A program made the translations under genes and the position numbers. A stretch of 64,000 nucleotides of DNA, taken from contig CAWJKT010000007.1 in NCBI GenBank assembly GCA_963843375.1, forward strand, positions 32,001 through 96,000, given 5' to 3'. Positions 24,018-33,992 of the stretch are shown here, one piece after another; position 1 is the stretch's first letter; every line of letters begins with the position of its first letter. This DNA is from an uncultured Pseudomonadota bacterium. GTDB lineage: Bacteria; Oederibacteriota; Muellerivitia; Muellerivitales; Muellerivitaceae. Under the pieces are notes generated by a model. The model was not told where the DNA came from. It was given only the letters and a program-made list of their open reading frames with translations, and ran no database searches.

Positions 24018-24653
24018 ATGTCCAACCCGAAAACTTCCAAAATCATTCACGAACTCCAACGTCTTTATCCCGACACGCGGTGTTTTCTCCACTATAAGAC
24101 CCCCTTCCAACTTCTTTGCGCGGTTATTCTCTCGGCTCAATGCACCGATGAAAGGGTGAACATCGTAGTGCCCGGACTTTTCAAGGTTTTTCCCACACCC
24201 AAAAAACTGGCTAAAGCCAAAATGAAGGACGTGGAAAAACTCATCAAATCCACCGGGTTCTACCACAACAAAGCCAAGAACTTAGTCGGTGCCGCTCAAG
24301 CGCTATTGGGACTGTATAAAGGAAAGATGCCCAAGACCATCGAAAAAATGCTGGAGATTCCGGGCGTTGGACGAAAGACAGCCAATGTGGTCTTGGGGGA
24401 AGTCTATGGCATCTCGGAAGGCATCACCGTGGATACCCATGTAACCCGCCTGAGTAACCGCCTGGGTTGGACCCAACACCAGGACGCCGTCAAAATCGAA
24501 CAGGATTTAATGAGGATTATTCCCAAGGTGGAATGGCTTCATTTCTCCCACCGCTTGATTCAGCACGGCCGCAAAGTCTGCGACGCCCGCAAACCCCTCT
24601 GCAATGTGTGCACCTTGTCAAAATGGTGTCCCTCGGCAAAAGGGATGAACTAA
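24018..24653 (+). CDS. nth: Endonuclease III
   Basis: LSAQCTD, HhH IPGVGRKTAN, VDTHV, 4Fe-4S motif C-x6-C-x2-C-x5-C. Confidence 0.96.
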   Translation: MSNPKTSKIIHELQRLYPDTRCFLHYKTPFQLLCAVILSAQCTDERVNIVVPGLFKVFPTPKKLAKAKMKDVEKLIKSTGFYHNKAKNLVGAAQALLGLYKGKMPKTIEKMLEIPGVGRKTANVVLGEVYGISEGITVDTHVTRLSNRLGWTQHQDAVKIEQDLMRIIPKVEWLHFSHRLIQHGRKVCDARKPLCNVCTLSKWCPSAKGMN

Positions 24654-24820
24654 AAAAATTCCGACCTCGCGGTGAAAACCGACCAAGGAGTCGATTTAGG
24701 CGGGAGGTTATTCCCCGTTTCAAATCGTTAAACCGGCGATTCGAAACACTGAATCGAATGATTAGACCATTCAGGCCAATCGGGATAAAATTAACTGAAA
24801 TCGCTTATCTCAAAGGCCCT

Positions 24821-26035
24821 ATGAAATATTACAGATTGTTTACAATCTTAACTGTCTTCCTCATTTGTTGGGCCTTGGAGCAGTCAATTCATTGTTGGTC
24901 ACAGACTCCCACTCCCACCTGCGTGCAATTCACGGACACCTACGGGAGCTCATCGAGCCTGAATAATTACAGCTACTACGACGTGAATTGGAATCCCTCC
25001 ACTGCGGCGGGGCTTTACTACACCGCGGGGACCAACGAATTGGAACAAAACCCCGTGGGCACCACGGGTTATTCGTACTTGACGGTCAACAGCGGCGAAT
25101 TCCCCACGACCCTCTCGAGTTACACCGTGGAAGGGGATTTCATGCTGGGAACCGGAGGCCAGGGAGTTTTCGGACTTGTGTTCCTTTCAACTCCTTCAGC
25201 GGCGGAAGGTTATATCTTCCAGTGGAACGGACTCAATAACCGCTGGGAGATCGAGAAGCAGTATGCCCCCAGCACCTATTACTACGTGGCGACGAATCCC
25301 AACCCGGCCTATACCTTGGGGACTTGGGTCCATTTGGAGGTGGTGGTCTCCGGGGGTGTCATGAACGCTTATGAGACGCCCGAAACGGGTCCTGGGGTGG
25401 GGCTTGGGACGACAGTACAAATCTTCAATGATGTGACGGATCCGGGGACGACCGCGCCTTACACTTCCGGGGCGGTAGGAATCCGCAGTTACAACGTGGT
25501 GGCGGGAAATACCCTGTATGTCGCCAACTTCACCGCTTTTACCTGCCTGCTGACGACCACTCCAACTCTTACCAACACCCCGACCAACACACCCTCTCCC
25601 ACAATAACATTCACTCCGACATTAACCGCTACCGCCACCCCTAGTTCCACGACTACCAACACTCCCACACCCACTCCAACCTTAACACCCTGTGGGTACC
25701 CCGGGAACACCTGCACCCCCACCAACACACCCACGCCCACACCCATACCGCAGGACCTCTTTTACATCTCGGAAAATTCCTTCACCGCTTCCAACCCGGT
25801 TTCAATCGAGGTGGTTTACACTGAATATCCTGGGCCCTTTAACCTGATGATCTACAACTCGGCGGGGGAACATGTCCGCACCCTGGTTTCCCAACAGTTA
25901 ACCGCCCCCGTCAGCCAATGGTATAGCTGGAATGGAATCAATAAGTATGGAGATAAATGCGCGAGCGGGGTTTACATTATTTATTTGACCGAACCCTTCA
26001 GTTTTAAAGTAAAAAGGGTCATCCTCATAAAATAG
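24821..26035 (+). CDS. Secreted protein: ConA/LamG (DUF1080-like) domain, Thr/Pro linker, FlgD-Ig/T9SS-like C-terminal domain
   Basis: Signal MKYYRLF...; YTVEGDF, FGLVF, GTWVHLEVVV, YTSGAVGIR; TPT linker about 25553-25750; IYNSAGEHVRTL...WNGINKYGDKCASGVYII...KRVILIK. Confidence 0.8.
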   Translation: MKYYRLFTILTVFLICWALEQSIHCWSQTPTPTCVQFTDTYGSSSSLNNYSYYDVNWNPSTAAGLYYTAGTNELEQNPVGTTGYSYLTVNSGEFPTTLSSYTVEGDFMLGTGGQGVFGLVFLSTPSAAEGYIFQWNGLNNRWEIEKQYAPSTYYYVATNPNPAYTLGTWVHLEVVVSGGVMNAYETPETGPGVGLGTTVQIFNDVTDPGTTAPYTSGAVGIRSYNVVAGNTLYVANFTAFTCLLTTTPTLTNTPTNTPSPTITFTPTLTATATPSSTTTNTPTPTPTLTPCGYPGNTCTPTNTPTPTPIPQDLFYISENSFTASNPVSIEVVYTEYPGPFNLMIYNSAGEHVRTLVSQQLTAPVSQWYSWNGINKYGDKCASGVYIIYLTEPFSFKVKRVILIK

Positions 26036-26161
26036 CTTTATTGTTCCTCGAAGCCGATTCGACTCAATAATTGGCAAAATCCGCTTTAATTTGGGCCTTG
26101 TTTTTGGAAGCCAGTCACGTGTTAAAATAGTTTCGTCAATCTTCCAAAAGGATCGTTCGAA

Positions 26162-26488
26162 ATGAAGCACATCCAAAACGACTTCATGCGGGTTCAACTT
26201 CAAAACGCCATGTTATCCCAAGAGTTGGCGGAATCCGCGAAACTTCGGCAAGCCGAGAGGGCGCGGGCCAAGGCCGCAGATGCCGTTGAAAAGCTTCATG
26301 ATCAAACCAATGACCAAGCGGTAAATAAAGTAAAGGGATTAACCGAGGAAAAATCAGGCGAGCAAAAAGAACGTCCCCAAGGCTCCCGGACATGGCGCTA
26401 TCGCCCGGATGGAACCATCGAGGAAGAGGGCGGCAACGCGGGAAATTCCGCCACCTTTAATATTCCCCGAATCGATATCAAAACCTAA
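26162..26488 (+). CDS. Hypothetical hydrophilic protein
   Basis: 108 aa, Q/E/K-rich, preceded by AAGGA, ends in IDIKT. Confidence 0.65.
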   Translation: MKHIQNDFMRVQLQNAMLSQELAESAKLRQAERARAKAADAVEKLHDQTNDQAVNKVKGLTEEKSGEQKERPQGSRTWRYRPDGTIEEEGGNAGNSATFNIPRIDIKT

Positions 26489-26507
26489 ACTAGCCTTTAG
26501 CTTTTAT

Positions 26508-27248
26508 TTAATCTCCGTTCATCCCTGTTCCCGAACCGCTTGGCGATCCAGAGCCCAGGTGATGTCTTCCATGATGTCCTCCCCTTTTTGCGCCCGGGGT
26601 CGTCGTCGCGCTGGGTTTCGCGACAGGCAAGGTTTCAACCTCCTCGGTTCCTGTTCTTAACAAGTCATCCCCAAGCGCCCCATTAGCGTCACACGAATGA
26701 TAGTGGCCGTCATCCAGGAAAACTTGAAACCCGTTCGAAACATTGGGGTCCTGCCACCACCAGAAACCCTGATCGAAATAAAGCCAGCGCTGGGTGTAGC
26801 TATCATGCCACCAAAAGCGTCCCGACCGCCAAAGGATCCAATGAAAGCTTCCACCGGTGTGCCACCCATACCAATCCCGATTACCTTCCCGACAGTGGCA
26901 ATAGTCCCAACCCTTGAAAGGATGCCAATAATATCTCCCTGATGACTTGTCCATTTTGTTGACCACCGGAATTTGCTGCAGAGTTTGGTGATCGGTCAGG
27001 TCCATTAAGGCGGGGCCTCGGGGAGCCGTGTCTTCGTCATTGGTGAGATTCATGGCAATGCCTTCCACTTTGTGGGGAGGACGAGGAAGGGTATAGAAGG
27101 TTTTATCCGGGATTTTTTCTTGGGGACTCAGGACCAGGGGCTTGGCCATCGTAGGCGTGGAAGTCTCGGTGGGAATAAGGTCATAAGCAAAAGCGGTCCC
27201 GGTTCCCCACAGAAGCAAAGCCGTCCCTACCCAAAACCCGCCGCCCAT
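26508..27248 (-). CDS. Hypothetical secreted Trp-rich protein
   Basis: SD AAGGAG before ATG 27248; signal peptide (AFA-Y); core YYWH...WYGW...HWILW...FWWH...FWWWQDP. Confidence 0.7.
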   Translation of the reverse strand: MGGGFWVGTALLLWGTGTAFAYDLIPTETSTPTMAKPLVLSPQEKIPDKTFYTLPRPPHKVEGIAMNLTNDEDTAPRGPALMDLTDHQTLQQIPVVNKMDKSSGRYYWHPFKGWDYCHCREGNRDWYGWHTGGSFHWILWRSGRFWWHDSYTQRWLYFDQGFWWWQDPNVSNGFQVFLDDGHYHSCDANGALGDDLLRTGTEEVETLPVAKPSATTTPGAKRGGHHGRHHLGSGSPSGSGTGMNGD

Positions 27249-27328
27249 GGAATCTCCTTTGAAAACAGACTCGGTTTTTGGACGCCCCCGCGCCGATAAA
27301 AGAGTTAGCCTTTTTGAGGTTAAAACTT

Positions 27329-27357
27329 GACACATAAAGCAAAAGTCATGCGTCTAG
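27329..27357 (+). promoter_or_regulatory. Putative ECF-sigma promoter upstream of the GT39 gene
   Basis: GACAC-17 nt-CGTCTAG, same spacing as the motifs at 39732-39760 and 48526-48555, with one mismatch in the -35 element. Confidence 0.4.
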
Positions 27358-27363
27358 ATGGTC

Positions 27364-29583
27364 ATGGAATCCAATATTTCTCTAAAACAAACCGCCGCTC
27401 ATCCCGGGGACCAACCACCCCCTTCCACTCCCGGTTCCCGGGAATGGGCGGCCCTTGTTCTTATCCTCTTAGTGGCGGCCGTCCTTCGCCTTTGGAAAAT
27501 CGACCAAAACGGAACCGGTAATCCCTACTACGCCTCGGCCGTTCGAAGCATGTTGATGAACTGGCACAATTTCTTTTTTGTGTCTTTCGATCCCGTCGGG
27601 TTTGTGACGGTGGACAAGCCCCCAGTGTCCTTGTGGATTCAAACCGCCTTCGCCAAATTGTTCGGTTACAGGGGCCTCACCCTCATTCTTCCTCAGGTCC
27701 TGGAGGGGCTCGGCACCATAGTCCTCGTATATCATCTTGTGCGGCGCCGCTTCGGCTCCGGCGCGGCACTTTTTTCCGCATTGGTCATTGCCCTCTCGCC
27801 CGTCAGCGTCGCCGTGGATCGATACAATAACACGGATGCCTGCCTAGTTGCGGTCATGCTTCTATCGGCCTGGGCTTTAAGCCTGGCCGCCGAAACCGGA
27901 AACCGAAAGCTTTTGTATCTGGCCTTAATCCTGGTGGGAGTGGGTTTCAATACCAAAATGATGGCGGCTTTCGTCGGGCTTCCGGTTTTTTACCTGGTTT
28001 ACCTGCTGGGATCGCCGCGATCCTGGTTACACCGCCTGGGAGATTTGACCATTGGCACCCTGATTCTGCTGGTGGTGGCCTTGTCTTGGCCAATGGCGGT
28101 GGATTTAACCCCACCGGAACAGCGGCCCTTTGTGGGAAGCACTCAGGATAATTCCATGGTCAGCCTCTCCTTGGGTTGGAACGGATTCCAAAGATTACTG
28201 ACTAGGGGACGGCGCGGCTTTCCCCAAAACCAAAGGCCGAGAAATGCTCCGGCATCTGTCACCGGAACAAGTACTTCCCCCGTCACGGCTACCGCCGATA
28301 CCACCAATCCATCCCCTACCATCTCAACGGCGAATTCGGGTACGACCGCGGCCGGGCCGTCTTCCCAGGGCATGGGCCGCCGAAGGGGCGGCGGCATGAA
28401 TACCGGGACCCCCGGACCGTTGCGGCTGGCGGATAAAAACATGGCTGGACAGATCGCTTGGTTTCTTCCCCTGGCCTTACTGGGTTTCTGGGCCGAGGCC
28501 CGGCGAACCCGCCTCTTCATTCCCTTGGCGCCTTCCCATCAAGCCCTATTGTTTTGGCTGGGCTGGTTTTTCACCTACGCGGTAGTTTTCAGTTTTATGC
28601 GAGGGGCCATGCACGCCTATTACCTCGTCATGTTAGTACCGGCTATAGCCGCCCTCGCGGGAATCGGGATACAAGCCCTCTGGTCCTATTTTCAGGAAGG
28701 CCATCGTGCCTACTTGTTCCTGGGTCTGATCCTGACCACTGCCTGGCAGGCTTTTATCGTGGATCAATATCCCGACTGGAAATCCACGCTTTTGCCAATT
28801 CTATTTTTGGGTGTGGGCTTGGCGGTGGTTGGGCTTTTCTTTTTGCCGTTCCTGAAGGTACAAAAATCCCAGTTGAGTTCGGGCATTCCCCTGAGTTTAG
28901 GACTTTGCGCGCTTTTCCTTTGTCCTTCCTTTTGGGCCCTGACACCTGTTTTAGGCTCGGGTCAATCAGTCGAGGCCAGCCCGGATTTGCTCTCAAGGGG
29001 TCAAGGAGAGGGAATGTTTCAGGGATTCGGCGGGCACTTGAACAATACCAAACTCATGGATTTCCTGAAGACCCATTGCAAAGGCGAGCAATATCTTTTG
29101 GTATCGCAAAACAGCCAGTTGGTGGCGCCGATTATCATTGAAACCGGTGAACCGGTGGTGGCTATTGGCGGTTTTATGGGTGGGGACCCCATTCTCACCG
29201 TCAACCAATTCGCCCAAAAAGTAAAGGACGGACATTTCCGCTATATGCTTCTCCAGGGTCCCGGGCCTAACCAAGGCCGGGGTGGGAACAATGGCCGGGG
29301 ATTTGGCGGCAACGGTGGAGGTTTTGGCGGGGGCTTCGGTTTTGGGCGGGGGGGCGGACAGCAGGCCGAAATCGCCAAATGGGTTAGGGAAAATGGAAAA
29401 CCGGTCGACCCGGCCCTTTGGAAACCGGCCATTCCCCCGGCCCCTATCGCCAGCCAAAATCCAACCCAGTCACCGGGTGGCACCCAAGGGTTCCAAGGGG
29501 GCTTTGGCGGCCGCCGGGGCGGTCTGGCTAATCTCCAGCTTTATGACCTGCGTCCCGACAAAGAGACAAAAACCTCCTCTTAA
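27364..29583 (+). CDS. Family 39 / ArnT-like GT-C membrane glycosyltransferase (YkcB-like)
   Basis: GNPYYASAVRSM...NFFFVSFDPVGFVTVDKPP, RYNNTD, GFNTKM, many TM helices, Gly/Arg-rich loops, C-terminal IGGFMGGDP...LYDL. Confidence 0.9.
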   Translation: MESNISLKQTAAHPGDQPPPSTPGSREWAALVLILLVAAVLRLWKIDQNGTGNPYYASAVRSMLMNWHNFFFVSFDPVGFVTVDKPPVSLWIQTAFAKLFGYRGLTLILPQVLEGLGTIVLVYHLVRRRFGSGAALFSALVIALSPVSVAVDRYNNTDACLVAVMLLSAWALSLAAETGNRKLLYLALILVGVGFNTKMMAAFVGLPVFYLVYLLGSPRSWLHRLGDLTIGTLILLVVALSWPMAVDLTPPEQRPFVGSTQDNSMVSLSLGWNGFQRLLTRGRRGFPQNQRPRNAPASVTGTSTSPVTATADTTNPSPTISTANSGTTAAGPSSQGMGRRRGGGMNTGTPGPLRLADKNMAGQIAWFLPLALLGFWAEARRTRLFIPLAPSHQALLFWLGWFFTYAVVFSFMRGAMHAYYLVMLVPAIAALAGIGIQALWSYFQEGHRAYLFLGLILTTAWQAFIVDQYPDWKSTLLPILFLGVGLAVVGLFFLPFLKVQKSQLSSGIPLSLGLCALFLCPSFWALTPVLGSGQSVEASPDLLSRGQGEGMFQGFGGHLNNTKLMDFLKTHCKGEQYLLVSQNSQLVAPIIIETGEPVVAIGGFMGGDPILTVNQFAQKVKDGHFRYMLLQGPGPNQGRGGNNGRGFGGNGGGFGGGFGFGRGGGQQAEIAKWVRENGKPVDPALWKPAIPPAPIASQNPTQSPGGTQGFQGGFGGRRGGLANLQLYDLRPDKETKTSS

Positions 29584-29598
29584 GATTAAACTACACCC

Positions 29599-30963
29599 AT
29601 GACGCCTAACAATTTCTCATCCAAGACAACCCTTGTGCTTGAGACCGGGGCAAACCTGAATTTACTGGCTGCCAAGCTTAATCAAGTTTTCGCCCAAGAC
29701 AACCCGTTGCCCGCAAAAATCCTGTTGGCCTCTCCTCCGGGTCAAAAGGAAAAAGTCTTATTGAGGCTTTCCATTTTTTTAAAAAAAATCGAAGTGCTAG
29801 AAATCAATTCCCTTTTACACGATCTTCTTCCCCATCTCACCACACCCTTCGTGGCCTACCTGCCTGCCAACGCCCCCTATTCCCCGCCTCCGTTGGAGGA
29901 GTGGAACAGAGTCAAGCAAGAGACTTTTTTCATCCGGCCCTGGATACCGCCGGTCACTTTGAGCAACACCGAATGGGCCCGCCTGGTTTATATGTCCTTT
30001 GGATGGATTTCGACCCGGGCCTTGTTTCAACATTTGGGAATGGAAAGTACCTTGACTTTACTCGACTTGGAAAGGGTTTCCCGGAAATCGGCCTTTTCCC
30101 TTCCCTACATTTCAGCTCCAGCAAGTTCCTCCACCACCAACCAGTTGGATTTATTTGAAGGCCCCCCCAAATTGTCCCCGAAATCCCGAGTTTTGGCCTT
30201 GGTTCCTCATTTCAATTGCGAGCAATGGCTAGGGCAAGCCCTGGATTCCCTCTTGGGCCAAACACGCCCGCCCAACGCCATTGCCGTCTTGGACGACGCC
30301 TCGACGAATGGGCCTCTTGAGATCATCCGCCAATATCCAACAGTGACTCTTTTGCGGTCCCCTGAAAACGTGGGGCCTTACCGCCTGTTGCAGACGGTGA
30401 TGGACCAAACGGACTTTGACGCTTATATGTTCCAAGACGCGGACGATTGGTCCAGCCTGGACCGGTTGGAGGAATTGCTTAATGAAGCGGAACGCACGGG
30501 TGCCGAATGGATCGGCACGCAGGAACTCATGTATTTCGAGGATATTATCCATGCCTGCCGCTATCCCCTGGACCTGAACTCCACCCCACAAGCCTCCATC
30601 CGCCACCCCTTCTGTTATCCCGGCAGCGTGATTTCGAGAGATTTTTTAATGCGATTGGGTGGATTCGCCTCGGGCCTTCATTTCAGCGGCGATTTCGAGT
30701 TATTGACCAGGGCTGTCTGGGCCGGAAAGGTCGTCAACATGGACCGCTATACTTATTTCCGCCGAATCCGGAAAAATTCACTGATCACCTCCGAAAGTAC
30801 GGGGCTGAGCAGCCCGGCTCGCAAGGAAGTGGATACTTTGATTGAGACAAGAAAAGCCGAAAACCTAGCCAAGGTGATGAAGAGCGGAACGCCCAATCTG
30901 GAACCGTTAAAGACCGCCGGGCACGTTGCTTTCGAGCACTTGGCGGGACCGAAGTTGCTGTAA
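29599..30963 (+). CDS. Family 2 glycosyltransferase with a divergent N-terminal half
   Basis: VPHFNCEQWLGQALDSLLGQT, LDDAS, FQDADDWS, GDFELLTR. Confidence 0.85.
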   Translation: MTPNNFSSKTTLVLETGANLNLLAAKLNQVFAQDNPLPAKILLASPPGQKEKVLLRLSIFLKKIEVLEINSLLHDLLPHLTTPFVAYLPANAPYSPPPLEEWNRVKQETFFIRPWIPPVTLSNTEWARLVYMSFGWISTRALFQHLGMESTLTLLDLERVSRKSAFSLPYISAPASSSTTNQLDLFEGPPKLSPKSRVLALVPHFNCEQWLGQALDSLLGQTRPPNAIAVLDDASTNGPLEIIRQYPTVTLLRSPENVGPYRLLQTVMDQTDFDAYMFQDADDWSSLDRLEELLNEAERTGAEWIGTQELMYFEDIIHACRYPLDLNSTPQASIRHPFCYPGSVISRDFLMRLGGFASGLHFSGDFELLTRAVWAGKVVNMDRYTYFRRIRKNSLITSESTGLSSPARKEVDTLIETRKAENLAKVMKSGTPNLEPLKTAGHVAFEHLAGPKLL

Positions 30964-31054
30964 ATTTCGAAACCCATTCTCTATTACTTTTCCATTGCCA
31001 TTTTCTAATATCGTCGTTCGGATTAAACCGTTTATAAGATTTTGATATTTCATC

Positions 31055-32149
31055 TTATTTTGAGTGTCGGGCGCGAAATCCATCCATAAACTCCAAGAGT
31101 CGGTTCACATCCTCTTGCGTCACGGCGTTATAAAGGGAGGCCCGAAGCCCACCCAGTGAGCGGTGGCCTTCCAGACCGTAAAAACCGGCGGCGGTGGCTT
31201 CCTCCAGAAACGTCTTATCCAGTTCCGGGCTGCCTAGGCGGAAAACAACGTTCATAAAGGACCGGTCCTTCTTGGCCCCATGAATCCGGAAGAAGTCGGG
31301 ATGTCGGTCCAGCAGGCCATAGAGGGCCAGGGCTTTTTTTTCGTTGAGGACTGCCATTTTTTGGAGGCCTCCGATTTTGTTCCTCAACCATCGGGCGACC
31401 AGCAAGGCGACATAAATGGAGAAAACAGGCGGGGTGTTATAGATGGAGTCCATTTCCGCGTGGTTGCGGTAATCAAGCATGCTGGGAATGGAGTTAGGAG
31501 CGCCCTTTAGGAGGTCATCCTTGAGGATGACCAGGGTCAGTCCCGCCGGGCCCAGGTTCTTTTGGGCGTGGGCGTAAACAAGGCTGTAGTCTTTGATGTC
31601 AAAAGGGTAGCTTAAAAAATCCGATGACATGTCGCAGACCCGTTTGACGCCCTTCAATCCCGGCAGAAAGTGAAATTGCAATCCTTCCACCGTTTCATTG
31701 GAGACATAGTGGAAATAAGCCGCTTGAGCGTCATAGGTCAGTTCACTCGCCTCGGGCAACCGAGTGTAGCCGCCACCCTCGCCATCATAAAGAACCCGCA
31801 CCGGCCCTTCCAAACGCGCGTCCGGAATGGACTTGGCACTCCAGTACCCAGTCTTTAGGTATTCGGCTGTCTTTCCCTTCCCACGCAAAAGTAGCATTGG
31901 AATCATGGAAAATTGGAGGCTGCTGCCCCCCTGGAGTTGGAGAACATGGTAATCAACAGGGATATTCAGTATTTCCCGAAAGAGGGCTTCCGATTCCTGG
32001 AGTATGGCCTTGAAATAATCGGAGCGGTGGCTAATCCCCAGAATGGACTGGTGGGTTCCTGGGGCCTGAAGGATGGCTTCACTGGCTTCCACGAGCACCT
32101 CGTGGGGCAAGGCTCCGGGCCCGCCTGAAAAATTGAGACTTGAGTTCAC
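31055..32149 (-). CDS. serC: Phosphoserine aminotransferase
   Basis: NFSGGPGALP, ISHRS, LQGGSSLQF, SNETVEG, DMSSD, AQKNLGPAG, NTPP, GHRSLGGLRASLYNA. Confidence 0.93.
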   Translation of the reverse strand: MNSSLNFSGGPGALPHEVLVEASEAILQAPGTHQSILGISHRSDYFKAILQESEALFREILNIPVDYHVLQLQGGSSLQFSMIPMLLLRGKGKTAEYLKTGYWSAKSIPDARLEGPVRVLYDGEGGGYTRLPEASELTYDAQAAYFHYVSNETVEGLQFHFLPGLKGVKRVCDMSSDFLSYPFDIKDYSLVYAHAQKNLGPAGLTLVILKDDLLKGAPNSIPSMLDYRNHAEMDSIYNTPPVFSIYVALLVARWLRNKIGGLQKMAVLNEKKALALYGLLDRHPDFFRIHGAKKDRSFMNVVFRLGSPELDKTFLEEATAAGFYGLEGHRSLGGLRASLYNAVTQEDVNRLLEFMDGFRARHSK

Positions 32150-32197
32150 TGGCCAACTTGGTCCTTTGAATATTAAAATCGAAAGCAAAACCTATTT

Positions 32198-32300
32198 AAC
32201 CACGAAGACACGAAGGATACAAAGAATAGCGAATGAAAGAAGTTGCGAAGAAACCCCCGCAAATCCATTTTTTCTTTCTTTGCACCTTTCGCGGCTCGTG
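32198..32300. repeat. Degenerate AACCACGAAGACACGAAG-type intergenic inverted repeat
   Basis: Left unit aaccacgaagacacgaaggatacaaag; decayed pyrimidine-rich right unit ctttctttgcacctttcgcggctcgtg. Confidence 0.35.
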
Positions 32301-32304
32301 ACTT

Positions 32305-33360
32305 TTACCGCCTTTGATTTATTTCGCTGAAGCATTCAAAACATCCTCCAATAGTTTGCGGCTGAAAGCCTGGTCGCGGAAAGGGAAAAAGTGTGGCATT
32401 GGGAGTGAAGGTAAACTCGCTGAAATAGACTCCTTCCGGCAGGTCGTATAAATCTACCCTTACGAAATCAAAGGGCTTGGATAGTTCCGAAGCGGTTTGG
32501 ATCAACTTGTCCCAGTGGGCCGGTTTTTCAGGCAAGAGGTCTGGCAGGGGAAAGAGATCCCGAATGATGATCTGCCGGTGCTCTGGCACAGTGAAAAGGG
32601 CCTGACGGTGGTCGGCAAACCGGCCCTCGTCATACTGGCAGAAATGTACCTTGCCGCGCGATGCGTAAAACCTGAAATCCGGGGGAGGATGATACCTCAT
32701 CCCGCCTTTTCCAAAGGAAACGGTGGAAGGCAGGCATTCTTCCACCATAATTTTCGGCTTCAGCTTCATGTATTGGACTTCGTATTCATTTAAAAAGTAA
32801 TTACGGCGGGCTAATTGGTGCATCACAAAAGTCTGTTGAATGATCGTCGGCAAATCGCCGGTCCCCAAAAAAACAACGCCCCCCGAAGTATGAGTGGGTT
32901 TAGCAACCAGGTTTTTGCCGACATAGGGATATAAAAAAACACCCACCTCTTCCAAGGTGGTTTCGGGGGTGAGGGGAAGAACGGATATGGGCAAGGGAGC
33001 CCTGATGCCAGGGGAAAGGGTGGAGGCGATGATTTTGGCCTCTTCCTTATCGACGCAGAGTTCCTCATAGGGGGTAAAGGGGCCAGTCATCCGACGAAAG
33101 ACATAATCCTCGAAGGTGGCTTGGTGAGAGGCAATGAACCGGGGCCATCGCTGGTGTTTTTTGATAAATTTCGGAAGGGCTAAGAGCTTGATGGCCCAAA
33201 ATTGCCGCTTCAACGCCAGCCGCTCCAAAATCGTTTGTAGCCACTTTTTCAAGATCGAGTCCGTATGGATAAGATGTCGCGCCCAAAACTCAATAACCTG
33301 CTTTAAATTGAGACGTTTGTAAAGAACCAGGGAGCCGTTGGCTCGCAAGATAAGAAACAA
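32305..33360 (-). CDS. TupA-like ATP-grasp protein (polysaccharide amide ligase family), likely +1 frameshift near 32388 with true stop near 32319
   Basis: VDKEEAK, KPTHTSG, PKIMVEE, DFRFY, LSKPFDFVRVDLY, YFSEFTFTP; alternative frame gives RDQAFSRKLLEDVLNASAK*. Confidence 0.8.
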   Translation of the reverse strand: MFLILRANGSLVLYKRLNLKQVIEFWARHLIHTDSILKKWLQTILERLALKRQFWAIKLLALPKFIKKHQRWPRFIASHQATFEDYVFRRMTGPFTPYEELCVDKEEAKIIASTLSPGIRAPLPISVLPLTPETTLEEVGVFLYPYVGKNLVAKPTHTSGGVVFLGTGDLPTIIQQTFVMHQLARRNYFLNEYEVQYMKLKPKIMVEECLPSTVSFGKGGMRYHPPPDFRFYASRGKVHFCQYDEGRFADHRQALFTVPEHRQIIIRDLFPLPDLLPEKPAHWDKLIQTASELSKPFDFVRVDLYDLPEGVYFSEFTFTPNATLFPFPRPGFQPQTIGGCFECFSEINQRR

Positions 33361-33554
33361 TTTCGGCCTCAGTTTTATCTAACGGCTAAAACCAGATGTC
33401 CTGAATCCTTTAAAGTGTTACCTCTCAGCCGGAGCCCCCAAACCCACTTTTCCAAGCCATTTGGAGGCCGTTTTGGATAATGTCCCCCTCCTTGAAACTT
33501 TCACCGCCTGATTCCTAAGGATAAATCATAACCTTTATTCAAAAGGAGGGTGCT

Positions 33555-33902
33555 ATGGCACTAACAACGGAAATGGTTCAGGAACACATGAAGAAAGGGG
33601 CGGTCGTGATCAATGTTTTGGACAAGCCCGCTTTTAATGATATTCATATCAAAGGTTCCATTAATATTCCCCTCAGCAAGAAGAGTGACGATGAGTTTGT
33701 GGTCGATGTGGAAAGAAAGGTGGGCCACGGGAAATTCATCATCACCCATTGCAGCGGAGTAAGCTGCATGGCGGGCCCGCGCGCGGCTCAAATATTGAAA
33801 GCCCGAAAATATATGGCTGAGGATTACCCCGGCGGTATGGAAGAATGGGCCAACGCTAAACTTCCAATGGAGGGGAAGAAAGCTATTGCCTATGCTTCTT
33901 AA
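33555..33902 (+). CDS. Single-domain rhodanese-like protein
   Basis: HIKGSINIP, HCSGVSC active loop, YPGGMEEW; strong SD AGGAGG. Confidence 0.88.
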   Translation: MALTTEMVQEHMKKGAVVINVLDKPAFNDIHIKGSINIPLSKKSDDEFVVDVERKVGHGKFIITHCSGVSCMAGPRAAQILKARKYMAEDYPGGMEEWANAKLPMEGKKAIAYAS

Positions 33903-33921
33903 TTGTTCAATCGTATAAAAT

Positions 33922-33957
33922 CAAAAGGAGCTACCGGTCAACCGCAGGCTCCTTTTG
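33922..33957 (+). terminator. Intrinsic terminator after the rhodanese gene
   Basis: CAAAAGGAGC...GCTCCTTTTG inverted repeat ending in a T tract. Confidence 0.65.
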
Positions 33958-33992
33958 GTATACTCCTACCAATTCGCTTAAAGGAGAACGCT

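Noticed and set aside
24467..24820. N-terminal extension of the 522-aa ORF
   Set aside because: Overlaps nth and intergenic DNA; the signal peptide begins at ATG 24821
27281..27306. Fourth ECF promoter for the Trp-rich gene (AAC...CGTC on the minus strand)
   Set aside because: Spacer is 19 nt rather than the 17 nt seen in the other three
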